Below are positions 40,964-50,105 of a stretch of 60,056 bases of DNA, piece by piece. Every line of letters starts with the position of its first letter. Within the stretch, counting starts at the first letter, position 1. The DNA lies in assembly GCA_025358555.1 (NCBI GenBank), contig JANYJD010000036.1, positions 1 through 60,056 of the forward strand, written 5' to 3'. This DNA is from Rhodoferax sp. GTDB taxonomy: Bacteria > Pseudomonadota > Gammaproteobacteria > Burkholderiales > Burkholderiaceae_C. The position numbers and the translations under genes were made by a program. The notes under the pieces are model-generated. The model was not told the origin of the DNA. It made no database searches and saw only the letters and a list, made by a program, of their open reading frames with translations.

Positions 40964-42226
40964 TCACCGGTAAATGTAGCTGCGGTTGAAGGGGTAAGAG
41001 GATTGTGCGCCCTTCATCACGCCCACTGCGGTGTCGCCCGCTGGGCGCACGGCCAGTATCTGGTGCAGTGAAATCCAGCCCTGCTCAAAACTCATGGCGC
41101 TGCCGCCAAGATACAGCCTGTACGCGCGCAGAATCTTGCCACTGCGCACGGCATTGGTGGTGGATGCCAGCACACACTGCGCGGCATCCAGCTGCGCCTC
41201 CAGAGCGTCCGACCAGGCCCATAGCGTGCGGGCGTAGTGCGGCCGCAGGTTTTCAGTGTCCACCATCTCCAGCCCGCCGTGCGCCAAGTCCCGCAGCACC
41301 TGGCTGATGTGCAGCAGTTCGCCGCCGGGGAAGATGTATTTTTCGATAAAGTCGCCCAAGCCCGCGCCCAGCTGGCCATAGTCCAGCCCGCCAGCGGTAA
41401 TGCCGTGGTTCAACACCATGCCGCCAGGTTTGAGAAGGCTGCATACTTTGTTGAAGTAAGCCGTCATGTTGGCGTGGCCCACGTGCTCGAACATGCCGAC
41501 TGAAGCAATCTTGTCGAAAGTGCGCGATGCATCCATGTTGCGGTAGTCCAGCAGCTCCATGCGCACCCGTTCTTCAAGGCCTCTGGACTTGACCAACTCC
41601 TGCACATGCGCATGCTGGTTTCTTGACAGCGTGATGCCGGTTGCGTCCACGCCGTAGTGCTCGGCCGCCCACAGCAGCAGCGCGCCCCAGCCCGCGCCAA
41701 TGTCCAGAAAGCGCTCACCGGGTTGAAGGGCCAGCTTGCGGCAGATCAGGTCCAGCTTGGCCTCCTGCGCCTGTGCCAGTGACATGCTGTCTTCGCGGTA
41801 GTAGGCGCAGGAGTACACCCGCCGCGGGTCCAGCCACAGGGCATAAAAATCATCCGACACGTCGTAGTGGAACTGGATTTGAGTGGCGTCGCGCTCAGAA
41901 GAGTGCGCTGCTGCAGACTTGGCCCGGCGCATTACCTGCGTCCACCAGCGCGTGTCGCTGCTGGTGGGCGTGCCGGTCAGCAGGTTGGCCGCAACTGCCA
42001 TCAACTCGCGCATGCGCCCTTCCAGCGTGAGCCGGCTTTCCACAAAATCTTCGGCCATGCCGCCAATCTTGCCAGCCGCCATGGTGGCCAGGCTGGACCA
42101 GTTGGAAAACGACAGGCGCACCGCCGCGCCCGCAGGCCCCACCTGCCGCCCCGTGGGCAAATGCAGCGCCACCGGCACCGGCACGGCACGCAGTCGCAAC
42201 TCAACTTTTCGAATCAGGCTATCCAT
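40964..42226 (-). CDS. cfa: cyclopropane-fatty-acyl-phospholipid synthase family SAM methyltransferase
   Basis: QIQFHYDVSDDFYALWLDPRRVYSCAYY, SAM motif RFLDIGAGWGALLLWAA, SVGMFEHVG. I prefer the ATG at 42226 over the TTG at 42241. Confidence 0.85.
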   Translation of the reverse strand: MDSLIRKVELRLRAVPVPVALHLPTGRQVGPAGAAVRLSFSNWSSLATMAAGKIGGMAEDFVESRLTLEGRMRELMAVAANLLTGTPTSSDTRWWTQVMRRAKSAAAHSSERDATQIQFHYDVSDDFYALWLDPRRVYSCAYYREDSMSLAQAQEAKLDLICRKLALQPGERFLDIGAGWGALLLWAAEHYGVDATGITLSRNQHAHVQELVKSRGLEERVRMELLDYRNMDASRTFDKIASVGMFEHVGHANMTAYFNKVCSLLKPGGMVLNHGITAGGLDYGQLGAGLGDFIEKYIFPGGELLHISQVLRDLAHGGLEMVDTENLRPHYARTLWAWSDALEAQLDAAQCVLASTTNAVRSGKILRAYRLYLGGSAMSFEQGWISLHQILAVRPAGDTAVGVMKGAQSSYPFNRSYIYR

Positions 42227-42469
42227 GTCTGTTTGTAACAATACGAAATGGCGGCGTCAAGCGGCGCGGTCCTACACGGCAACGGCGTTGTCCTACAGCG
42301 GTGTGCACGGACTGGCATGGTTTTGGGGGCATTTTTCCATCGGGAAAGACTCTCTAAAAATCATCAATATGGAGGATGCGCAAATGGCGGCGGCATCGTA
42401 ATATCGAGGTGGAAGGCCGCCAATCACGCAAACATACGGCATCGGCTAAACGGCGGTAACGCGGCGGCA

Positions 42470-42566
42470 GATATGCGCAGTGCGGGTCGGTGGTTTGTTT
42501 TATATTGAATGACGCGATTCACTCAGTCCCTGCTTTCATGCCTTACTTTGGAGTCATCAAATGAAA
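42470..42566 (+). repeat. decayed copy of the DUF1800 3' end / DUF1501 start junction
   Basis: 42541-42566 (CCTTACTTTGGAGTCATCAAATGAAA) matches 44253-44278 (CCTTACTTTGGGGTCATCAAATGAAA) at 25 of 26 nt. Weaker colinear matches lie upstream (TGCGCAGT, GATTCAC, CCCTG). Confidence 0.7.
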
Positions 42567-44276
42567 TTGTGCATCCGGTATCGACCTATTGAGAAGCTTG
42601 CGTTGGCCGCCTCAGTGGCCCTGCTGGGCGCTTGCGGCGGGGGTCGCGGCGACGCGCCTGCTACAGCGGCTACCGCTGCAACATTCGCAACGGCCGTTGC
42701 AGCGGCTGAAGCATCGCCCTCGGCAGGCCAGGTCAAACCCGTCGCGGCGGTCAAAATGAGTTTGTATGCGGCGGCACGCGCGACTGATCAAGTGAGTTTT
42801 GGGGCTACGCCAGCGCTGGTTGCTGAACTTCAACAACAAGGCTTACCCGCGTGGATCGAGGGGCAATTTGCTCTGCCGGTGTCGCAGATTGTGCCCCCGT
42901 CGTGGGTGATTAATTACGACACCGATGACCCCGCTGCAGGGGCTCGAGCAATGGCTTACTACAGGCAAGAGTTTTGGCGACGCAATCTGTCGTCGACCGA
43001 CCAACTCAGGCAAAGGGTCGCTTGGTCAGTTTTTGAATTCATTCCCGTGGGCGATGGCAACACTTCGATTCGAATCGATCATTACAACCTTCTCCAGAGG
43101 TACGCGTTTGGAAACTATGGCGACTTTCTTCGTGAGCTTTCGGTCCATCCCTCTATGGGTTGGTATCTCAACAACAACATCAACCGCCCCACAACAACAC
43201 AATGCCCGCAATGCACGCCCAACGAAAATTATGCCCGTGAGTTGATGCAGTTGTTCACGCTGGGGGTTGTGCAACTCAACCTCGACGGGTCTATGGTGCG
43301 GGATGCACAGGGTAAGACTAAGGAAACCTATATTCAGAAAGACGTTGAGGAATTGGCGCGGGCGCTGACGGGCTGGCGCTTCGCGCCGAGCAATCCTCCA
43401 GTACCGTCATCGAATTCCACCAATTCGGGCTTCCTTATGGTGCCAGAAAGTCAGGCGTCGCAGCATGACAGTGGAGCCAAGAAAATCTTGGGAGCGCCGT
43501 TTGCTGCCGGAAAGGATGCTCCTCAAGACCTGGACGCTGTTATCACAGTGTTGATGCAGCACCCCAACGTTGCGCCCTTCGTCAGCTTGCGGCTGATCCA
43601 GCATCTTGTAACCAGTAATCCTACTCCGCAATACATTGCAAGGGTGGCCGCCGTCTTTCGCAACAATGGCCAGGGCGTTGCGGGTGACATGAAGGCCTTG
43701 ATTCGCGCTGTTCTGCTGGATGCGGAGGCACGGCGTGGGGACCTGCCGGGTGCAGATACTGCGTCTTTTGGCAAATTGCGCGAGCCAGTGCTCTGGTTAA
43801 CTGCGACTCAACGAGGCCTCGGTTGCAAAGAAATTCTGCGCTACGCCGATGGCAATACAGTGACGCCGAGCAATCAAAACCCTACCGCTCCGCCCAGCAT
43901 TTTCAGCTTTTACCAAGCAGGAGACCGTGCACCCGGCAGCAATTTGCTGGCCCCGGAGCAAAAGCTTTTGACGACCGATGAGCTAACGAATAGGCTTGGC
44001 ACGCTGACATACCTGTTGTTGGACCCCAACCGGAACATTACCAACACAACCCAATCAGGTTGTGATGTCGCCACCCTTGGACAGGCGTTTTCCAAGTCTC
44101 CCAAAGACCTGATCGATTTAATCAGCACCCGCTGGTTCCGGGGTGCCATGCCGCCCACGCTGCGCAGTAATTTGGCTGGCCTGGCTGTGTCTCAAACCTG
44201 GGATTCACCGGACAGGGCCGCTATGGTGCTGTTGCAATTTGCCCTGTCCACACCTTACTTTGGGGTCATCAAATGA
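42561..44276 (+). CDS. DUF1800-family lipoprotein
   Basis: Lipobox LLGAC. DUF1800 hallmarks: NENYARELMQLFTLG, DVEELARALTGW, SQHDSGAKKILG, LMQHPNVAPFVSLRLIQHLV. Some stretches are markedly AT-richer than the rest of the window. Confidence 0.8.
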   Translation: MKLCIRYRPIEKLALAASVALLGACGGGRGDAPATAATAATFATAVAAAEASPSAGQVKPVAAVKMSLYAAARATDQVSFGATPALVAELQQQGLPAWIEGQFALPVSQIVPPSWVINYDTDDPAAGARAMAYYRQEFWRRNLSSTDQLRQRVAWSVFEFIPVGDGNTSIRIDHYNLLQRYAFGNYGDFLRELSVHPSMGWYLNNNINRPTTTQCPQCTPNENYARELMQLFTLGVVQLNLDGSMVRDAQGKTKETYIQKDVEELARALTGWRFAPSNPPVPSSNSTNSGFLMVPESQASQHDSGAKKILGAPFAAGKDAPQDLDAVITVLMQHPNVAPFVSLRLIQHLVTSNPTPQYIARVAAVFRNNGQGVAGDMKALIRAVLLDAEARRGDLPGADTASFGKLREPVLWLTATQRGLGCKEILRYADGNTVTPSNQNPTAPPSIFSFYQAGDRAPGSNLLAPEQKLLTTDELTNRLGTLTYLLLDPNRNITNTTQSGCDVATLGQAFSKSPKDLIDLISTRWFRGAMPPTLRSNLAGLAVSQTWDSPDRAAMVLLQFALSTPYFGVIK

Positions 44277-45625
44277 AACGCCGCCTTTTTTTGAAATCCG
44301 GTGCACCTGTTGGCGTCGCGCTAGGTGCTGCGGGCCTTTTGGGGTCGTTGAGCTTGCCGGGCTCTGCCGCAACCGGCGACTACCGGGCCCTGGTGGTTGT
44401 GTTTTTGACGGGCGGCAACGACGGCAACAATACCCTTGTGCCGACAGACGGCGCGTACCTTGATTACAGCCGTGCCCGGCCTGACCTGGCGTTGGCCAAA
44501 GACAGCCTGGTGGCTTTGGCTGGCAGCAGCGCCGGACACACCTTTGGCGTGCACCCCGCCTTGGCGCCTGTGGCAGCGCTGTATAACCAGCAGCGCCTGG
44601 CCTGGATTGCCAATGCCGGGCCACTGGTAGTGCCTGCCACTGCCCAGCAAGTCATTGCCCATAGCGTTGAGTTGCCGCCTTATTTGCTGTCGCACAGCGA
44701 CCAGCAAAACATGACCCAAGGATGGATGGGTGACGCCGATGCCAGTGGCTGGGCTGGGCGTGCGCTGGAGCAGATGCCTGGCAACCTTAAAAATGCGTTG
44801 GGGGCTGTGACGTTTGACTCCAACCGTACCCTGGTGCTGGGCAAGCAGTCGCGCGTAGCCTTCATGAGCAATGGCGGCCCACGCTACTGGGGCAATGCGG
44901 ATCTGGCCCATCCCGAGCAATTTTGGGCCCAATCCCTCAACCGCATGGCTCAATGGCAATTTACCAACGCCTATGAAGCTGAATACGCACGCACTTTTGG
45001 CGGTGGCGTCGCAGAGTCCACCCTGTTTACCCAGGCGTTCCTGAAGGCTGGCACGCCGCAGGCGAACTTTGAAAGCGATCCGCTGGCGACCAGATTGAAA
45101 TCGCTGGCCTCAGTGTTGCCGGTGTTCAAGTCTTCCGGTTACAAGCGCCAGGTTTTTCTGATTAATTGGGGCAGCTTTGACACCCATACCGGGCAAAAGG
45201 GCAGCGGGGCGACCAGCCAGGACAGCCAGCTTAGCACTCTGGCCAAGGCGCTTGCGGCATTCGACCAGGCCAACCAGGCCGCCGGGTTGAACCTGGATGT
45301 CACCACCCTGGTGATGAGCGAATTTGGCCGCACCTTGCGCCCGGCTTCTGGCGGCGGCTCAGACCATGCCTGGGGCAGCCACTGGTTTGCCATGGGCGGT
45401 GCGGTGGCTGGCGGACAGGTGCTGGGGCAACTGCCCGCCCTGGTGCTGGGTGGGGCAGACGATGCGGACCCGCAACGCGGCGGGCGCTTTGTACCCACCA
45501 CATCGGTAGACCAGGTGGGGGCCAAGATGATGCAATGGATGGGGTTACCCGCAGCGTCGCAGCTGGATGTGTTTCCCAACCTGAAGAATTTTCCTCAAAA
45601 AACACTAAGCCTGTTAAGCGCTTAG
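44273..45625 (+). CDS. DUF1501-family protein with twin-arginine signal
   Basis: Tat motif KRRLFLK. DUF1501 hallmarks: VVVFLTGGNDGNNTLVP and GGGSDHAWGSHWFAMGGAVAGG. The start overlaps the DUF1800 stop (ATGA). Confidence 0.8.
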   Translation: MKRRLFLKSGAPVGVALGAAGLLGSLSLPGSAATGDYRALVVVFLTGGNDGNNTLVPTDGAYLDYSRARPDLALAKDSLVALAGSSAGHTFGVHPALAPVAALYNQQRLAWIANAGPLVVPATAQQVIAHSVELPPYLLSHSDQQNMTQGWMGDADASGWAGRALEQMPGNLKNALGAVTFDSNRTLVLGKQSRVAFMSNGGPRYWGNADLAHPEQFWAQSLNRMAQWQFTNAYEAEYARTFGGGVAESTLFTQAFLKAGTPQANFESDPLATRLKSLASVLPVFKSSGYKRQVFLINWGSFDTHTGQKGSGATSQDSQLSTLAKALAAFDQANQAAGLNLDVTTLVMSEFGRTLRPASGGGSDHAWGSHWFAMGGAVAGGQVLGQLPALVLGGADDADPQRGGRFVPTTSVDQVGAKMMQWMGLPAASQLDVFPNLKNFPQKTLSLLSA

Positions 45626-45662
45626 ACCTTCAAAAAGAAGCAAATAAAGAGGGGGCAAGACC

Positions 45663-48338
45663 ATGGACATTCTTGGTACAGAGCAGGCAGACGTTTACGA
45701 CCAGACCGCACAAGGTCCGGGTGAGGGGAATACGTATCGCGGTTTGGGTGGCAACGACACTATCCGCATGTACAACGGCACGGCGGTGCCAGGTGCCGGG
45801 GTTGACATCATTGAGCACCTCGTGTCCGCCGACACATGGCGCACACTGGAAGTGGCGTTTTGGGACTCGCCCGCCGGCGTGGTGGTGGACCTGGCTGCGG
45901 GTTACGCTGATGATGGATGGGGCTCACGTGATACTTTAGTTGGAATATTTAAAGGCGCGCATGGCAGTTTTCACGATGACCGCTTTTTGGGCGATGCAGG
46001 CAACAATACCTTCTGGCCCAATGGCGGCAAAGACACTATTGATGGCCGTGGCGGCATTGACACTGTGGGCTTGGGCTGGACAGCCGGAGATCCGACGGAC
46101 CTGAGCAACTACAACATTGCGGTCTCCATCGACGGCGCGTTGGCAACCATCACATCGAAAACCGACAAAAACCTTCGGTATGAACTCGCCAACGTTGAAC
46201 GCTTGAGTTTTTGGGACGGTACCGTCGGCCACGACTTTGACATTGCCGACTTCATGAGCCCCAAGGCCATGGCTGAGCAGGGATTGACTGGCGCGGCCAC
46301 CCAGCGATGGAATTCCGCTGCGGCCATGGGGACCCCTGTGGGCGTGAGCTTCAGTTTTGTAGAAAGCGCGCCAGCATCAGGCCCGGGCGCCACCGGTTTT
46401 CGAAGTTTCAATGCGACCGAGCGCCAAACAGTGCGTGACTTGCTCAACAGCACCAGCGCAGTGACCGGCCTGACCTTCACCGAAGTGGCTGAGGCAGGTG
46501 CCACCAATGGGCAAATTCGCTTTGGCGTCAGCGCCCAAAGTGCCACCAAAGGCGTGGCCTTCATGCCAGATGTGTCTGCCGCCAACCCCACGGCGGGTGA
46601 CATCTGGATTGACTCCGATTCAATGCTGGCGCTGTCCCCCGGCACAGAAGGCTACGCCGCGCTGCTGCACGAGCTGGGCCATGCTTTGGGCTTGCGCCAT
46701 CCGCGCAATGTGGATGCGGGCGATGCCTGGGCGCAGCAACTGCGCGCAGCGGATGACAAAACAAGTTTCAGCGTGATGTCGGGCACCGCATCAGTCGATG
46801 GCCTGTTTCGCGCCGACTGGGGCGTGCTCGATGTCGCCGCACTGCAGTATCTTTACGGCAGCAAGGCTGTCAATGGCGGTGATACCGTTTACCCAGTGGG
46901 TGGGGCTGACGCATTGGCGCAGCGCACCTTGATTGACGTCGGCGGCATTGACACGATTGACGCCACAGCGTCCCAAGTTGGCGTGTCAATTGACCTGGCC
47001 GCTGCGCATCTCAGCAGCGTGGGTTTGAGCCGTGACGGCCTGGCACCAGTTGAAAACCTGGGGATCGCCGTGGGCACGGTGATTGAAAACGCCATTGGCT
47101 CCAATTTGGATGATGTGCTGGTTGGCAATGCGCTAGCCAACGCGCTGTATGGCCGTGGCGGAAATGATTGGATCGATGGGGGTGCCGGTTTTGACATTGC
47201 CGTGTTTGCGGGCAAGCGGAGCGACTACTTTGTGAGCAGTGGTTTTGGCAAGGTATTTGTGGCCGCACGCGATGGCGTCAGTGGCTTTGACACCCTGCTC
47301 AATATCGAACGCCTTTCGTTTGACGATGGCGACGTCAATCTGGGCGCATCGGCCGTTGCAGCTGACATCAAGTTCACGACTGACAAGGGTGTCGCCGCAC
47401 AAGGAACCCTGCCGGACCCCAGTGACCAGTTGCGGACAGCCACGTCATACAGCAAGTCGGTTGAAGCCGTCCACGGCAGTGTGACCGTCAGCGCAACGGG
47501 CAGCTATGCCTACGTCCCCAATTCGGCCTACACCGGTGAAGACAGCTTTGGCTACCGTGTCAGTGATGGCAAAGGAGGCGCCAATGTGTACTGGGCGTAC
47601 ATCACGATAAACCAGTCCAACGAAGTGTCAAGCATTCCCGTGTCCTTGACCGGCACGGCGGGGGCCGACAACCTTTTAGGCGGCAATGGCGCAGATACGC
47701 TGAGCGGCGGCGCTGGCAACGACACACTCACCGGTTTGGGTGGAAATGATGCCATTGATGGCGGCACAGGCACTGACGTCGCTGTGTACAGCGGCAGCCG
47801 TCAGAACTATGTGCTGACAAAAACCGGCGGCGGCTTTACGGTGACTGACAACTCGGGGCTGGAAGGAACCGATACCCTGCAAAATGTGGAGCGCCTTAAG
47901 TTCTCTGACCGTGGCATTGCTCTGGACGTCGGCCCCGCGCAGTCGGCAGGAGAAACCCAACTGCTGCTGGGCGCGGTGCTGGGCAAAGACTTGCTGGCCA
48001 CCAAGAAGCCGCTGATCGGAACGGCCATTGACCTGTTTGACCAGGGGTACACCTTCCAGCAACTCTCCGGCGCCATCATGCGGCTGAACATTTGGGGCAT
48101 CCTGGCCAATGGGGGCCAGCCCAGTGCGACCAGCACGCAAATCGCAAACTACCTGCTGACAACGGTGAACAAAGCTGCGCCTGACGCGGCAACACTTGCC
48201 GCCGCTGTCACAGCCTTAAACACCGAGACCGGGCCAGCGCAAGGCAATTTTCTGTGGCATCTGGCGGAATCGGCTGCCAACCAGACCCAGGTCGGACTGG
48301 TTGGGCTGGCATTGACCGGGCTGGAGTTTGGCGGTTAA
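45663..48338 (+). CDS. RTX-repeat serralysin-like (M10-type metzincin) metalloprotease with cadherin/VCBS-like domain and conserved C-terminal module
   Basis: No signal peptide (MDILGTEQADVYDQ). Zinc site HELGHALGLRH and a possible Met-turn, FSVMSG. RTX nonapeptides GGNDWIDGGAGFD and GGNGADTLSGGAGNDTLTGLGGNDAIDGGTGTD. Ig-like segment GSYAYVPNSAYTGEDSFGYRVSDGKG. The NVERL/NIERL motif occurs three times. The terminal 156 aa are shared with the next two genes. Confidence 0.8.
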   Translation: MDILGTEQADVYDQTAQGPGEGNTYRGLGGNDTIRMYNGTAVPGAGVDIIEHLVSADTWRTLEVAFWDSPAGVVVDLAAGYADDGWGSRDTLVGIFKGAHGSFHDDRFLGDAGNNTFWPNGGKDTIDGRGGIDTVGLGWTAGDPTDLSNYNIAVSIDGALATITSKTDKNLRYELANVERLSFWDGTVGHDFDIADFMSPKAMAEQGLTGAATQRWNSAAAMGTPVGVSFSFVESAPASGPGATGFRSFNATERQTVRDLLNSTSAVTGLTFTEVAEAGATNGQIRFGVSAQSATKGVAFMPDVSAANPTAGDIWIDSDSMLALSPGTEGYAALLHELGHALGLRHPRNVDAGDAWAQQLRAADDKTSFSVMSGTASVDGLFRADWGVLDVAALQYLYGSKAVNGGDTVYPVGGADALAQRTLIDVGGIDTIDATASQVGVSIDLAAAHLSSVGLSRDGLAPVENLGIAVGTVIENAIGSNLDDVLVGNALANALYGRGGNDWIDGGAGFDIAVFAGKRSDYFVSSGFGKVFVAARDGVSGFDTLLNIERLSFDDGDVNLGASAVAADIKFTTDKGVAAQGTLPDPSDQLRTATSYSKSVEAVHGSVTVSATGSYAYVPNSAYTGEDSFGYRVSDGKGGANVYWAYITINQSNEVSSIPVSLTGTAGADNLLGGNGADTLSGGAGNDTLTGLGGNDAIDGGTGTDVAVYSGSRQNYVLTKTGGGFTVTDNSGLEGTDTLQNVERLKFSDRGIALDVGPAQSAGETQLLLGAVLGKDLLATKKPLIGTAIDLFDQGYTFQQLSGAIMRLNIWGILANGGQPSATSTQIANYLLTTVNKAAPDAATLAAAVTALNTETGPAQGNFLWHLAESAANQTQVGLVGLALTGLEFGG

Positions 48339-48375
48339 GCGAATGCCTTCAAGGTAGGGGAGAATCTGGCTGACC

Positions 48376-50097
48376 ATGGCAATCTTCACCCCGTACACGC
48401 CTACGAGCCTCATTGCAAAAGCGCTGTTCAACTTTGATGCCTTCGGCAGTGGCAATTTCAAGTTGGCTGGCACGGTGAACGTGTCCGTGTCGGACAGCTT
48501 TACGTACGCCCAATACCTCAACGCGTTCCCGGCAATTTCAGCGGATGTTTATACCTCGTTGAGTTCGGGCAATGGCAATTGGACGGCCGCACAACTTGCG
48601 AATGTCAACCTGATTGCGGCCACGTATTCAAATTTCATCAATTTGAAATTCGCATCAGTGGCCAATGATTCCGGCCTGTCGCCTGCCAATGTGGGATTCG
48701 CATCCGACATCAACATCAGCCTGATTTACCGCCGGGATGCGCCATTTTCAGGCGAAAGCGCGTTGAACGGCGATGCGGATTTTGGCTATGCCGGAGGTCG
48801 CGGTGACATCGTTCTCAATGTCAATGGCTTCGGCTCGCGTGGATTGAGCAACGATATCAGCCTGGATTCTTCAACGTTTGGTTTTCATGCGTTGATGCAT
48901 GAAATGGGGCATTCGCTTGGCTTGTCGCATCCGCACAGTTCCATTGCGCGCGGCGTCACCACCCTGACCGCGGATTTCGCCGCCATCACGGGGACAGGTT
49001 TTGCGCAGCTCGGCTTTCGCATCAACAGCGCGCTGGACATGAACAAGGAATATTTTTCCATCATGTCTTACGACGACCAGACGCCAGCCGGCGCGCCAGA
49101 TACCTTTGCGCAAACGCCCATGATCCTGGACGTGATCGCGCTGCAAAGCGCCTACGGCGAAGGCGGCGGAACCTCAGGCGCTGGCAATGATGTCATCACG
49201 CCAGGCGGCGATGGGGGCGTCAACTCCTACCGCACTTACTTTGACACCGGCGGCACGGACACCATCAATCTGGCCAACTATGCCCAGGGCGCCTACTTGA
49301 ACATGGGCACAATCATCGCGGGGGCAGCGCACTGGGTCGGAGTTGCGATGAGCGCCGCAGATTCAAACGCCATGATCAACCTGGGCAAGGACCCCGCCAG
49401 CCTTCGATGGTTTTACGGCGAGTACGAAAATGCGGTGGGCAGTGCGGCAGCCGATGTGATTGTTGGCAATGCCCTGAATAATTCGATTGATGGGCAAGGT
49501 GGCAACGACACCATCGACGGCGGCGCGGGCATTGACACCGCGTTGTACGCAGGCCCGCGCTTGAACTACACACTGGCCAAAACCAGCAACGGCTTCTCCG
49601 TGGCTGACATCACCGGCGCGGCGGGCATTGACACGTTGCAAAACGTGGAGCGGCTCAAGTTCTCCAACGGCGCCATTGCCCTGGATGTGGGCGCGAGAGA
49701 GTCTGGCGGTGAAGCCCAACTGTTGCTGGGTGCAGTGTTGGGCAAGGACTTGCTGGCGACCAAGAAACTTCTGATCGGGACTGCGATTGACCTGTTCGAC
49801 CAAGGTTTCACCCTGCAACAGCTTTCAGGCGCCATCATGCGGCTCGACATTTGGGGTGCCCTGGCCAATGGCGGACAGGCCGCTGCCACTAATGCACAGA
49901 TTGCTGGTTACTTGCTTGCAACGGTGAACAAAGCCACGCCAGACGCCACGTCACTGGCGGTTGCCGTTACTGCACTGGACACCGAGACGGGCGCCGCGCA
50001 GGGCAGCTTCCTGTGGCACTTGGCTGAATCCGCAACGAATCAGACGCAAGTGGGTTTGGTCGGGCTGGCGACAACGGGGCTGGAGTTTGCCGCCTGA
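48376..50097 (+). CDS. RTX-repeat serralysin-like metalloprotease with the same C-terminal module
   Basis: No signal peptide. Zinc site HEMGHSLGLSH, Met-turn FSIMSYDD, RTX GQGGNDTIDGGAGID. Over the last 156 aa it is 125/156 identical to the upstream gene (hand count). Confidence 0.8.
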   Translation: MAIFTPYTPTSLIAKALFNFDAFGSGNFKLAGTVNVSVSDSFTYAQYLNAFPAISADVYTSLSSGNGNWTAAQLANVNLIAATYSNFINLKFASVANDSGLSPANVGFASDINISLIYRRDAPFSGESALNGDADFGYAGGRGDIVLNVNGFGSRGLSNDISLDSSTFGFHALMHEMGHSLGLSHPHSSIARGVTTLTADFAAITGTGFAQLGFRINSALDMNKEYFSIMSYDDQTPAGAPDTFAQTPMILDVIALQSAYGEGGGTSGAGNDVITPGGDGGVNSYRTYFDTGGTDTINLANYAQGAYLNMGTIIAGAAHWVGVAMSAADSNAMINLGKDPASLRWFYGEYENAVGSAAADVIVGNALNNSIDGQGGNDTIDGGAGIDTALYAGPRLNYTLAKTSNGFSVADITGAAGIDTLQNVERLKFSNGAIALDVGARESGGEAQLLLGAVLGKDLLATKKLLIGTAIDLFDQGFTLQQLSGAIMRLDIWGALANGGQAAATNAQIAGYLLATVNKATPDATSLAVAVTALDTETGAAQGSFLWHLAESATNQTQVGLVGLATTGLEFAA

Positions 50098-50105
50098 GTG
50101 CTGCA

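Noticed and set aside
42248-42508. 86-aa ORF in the cfa/DUF1800 intergenic region
   Set aside because: It has no ribosome-binding site, odd composition and no recognisable family. The region is better explained as promoter DNA plus the decayed DUF1800 3'-end relic.
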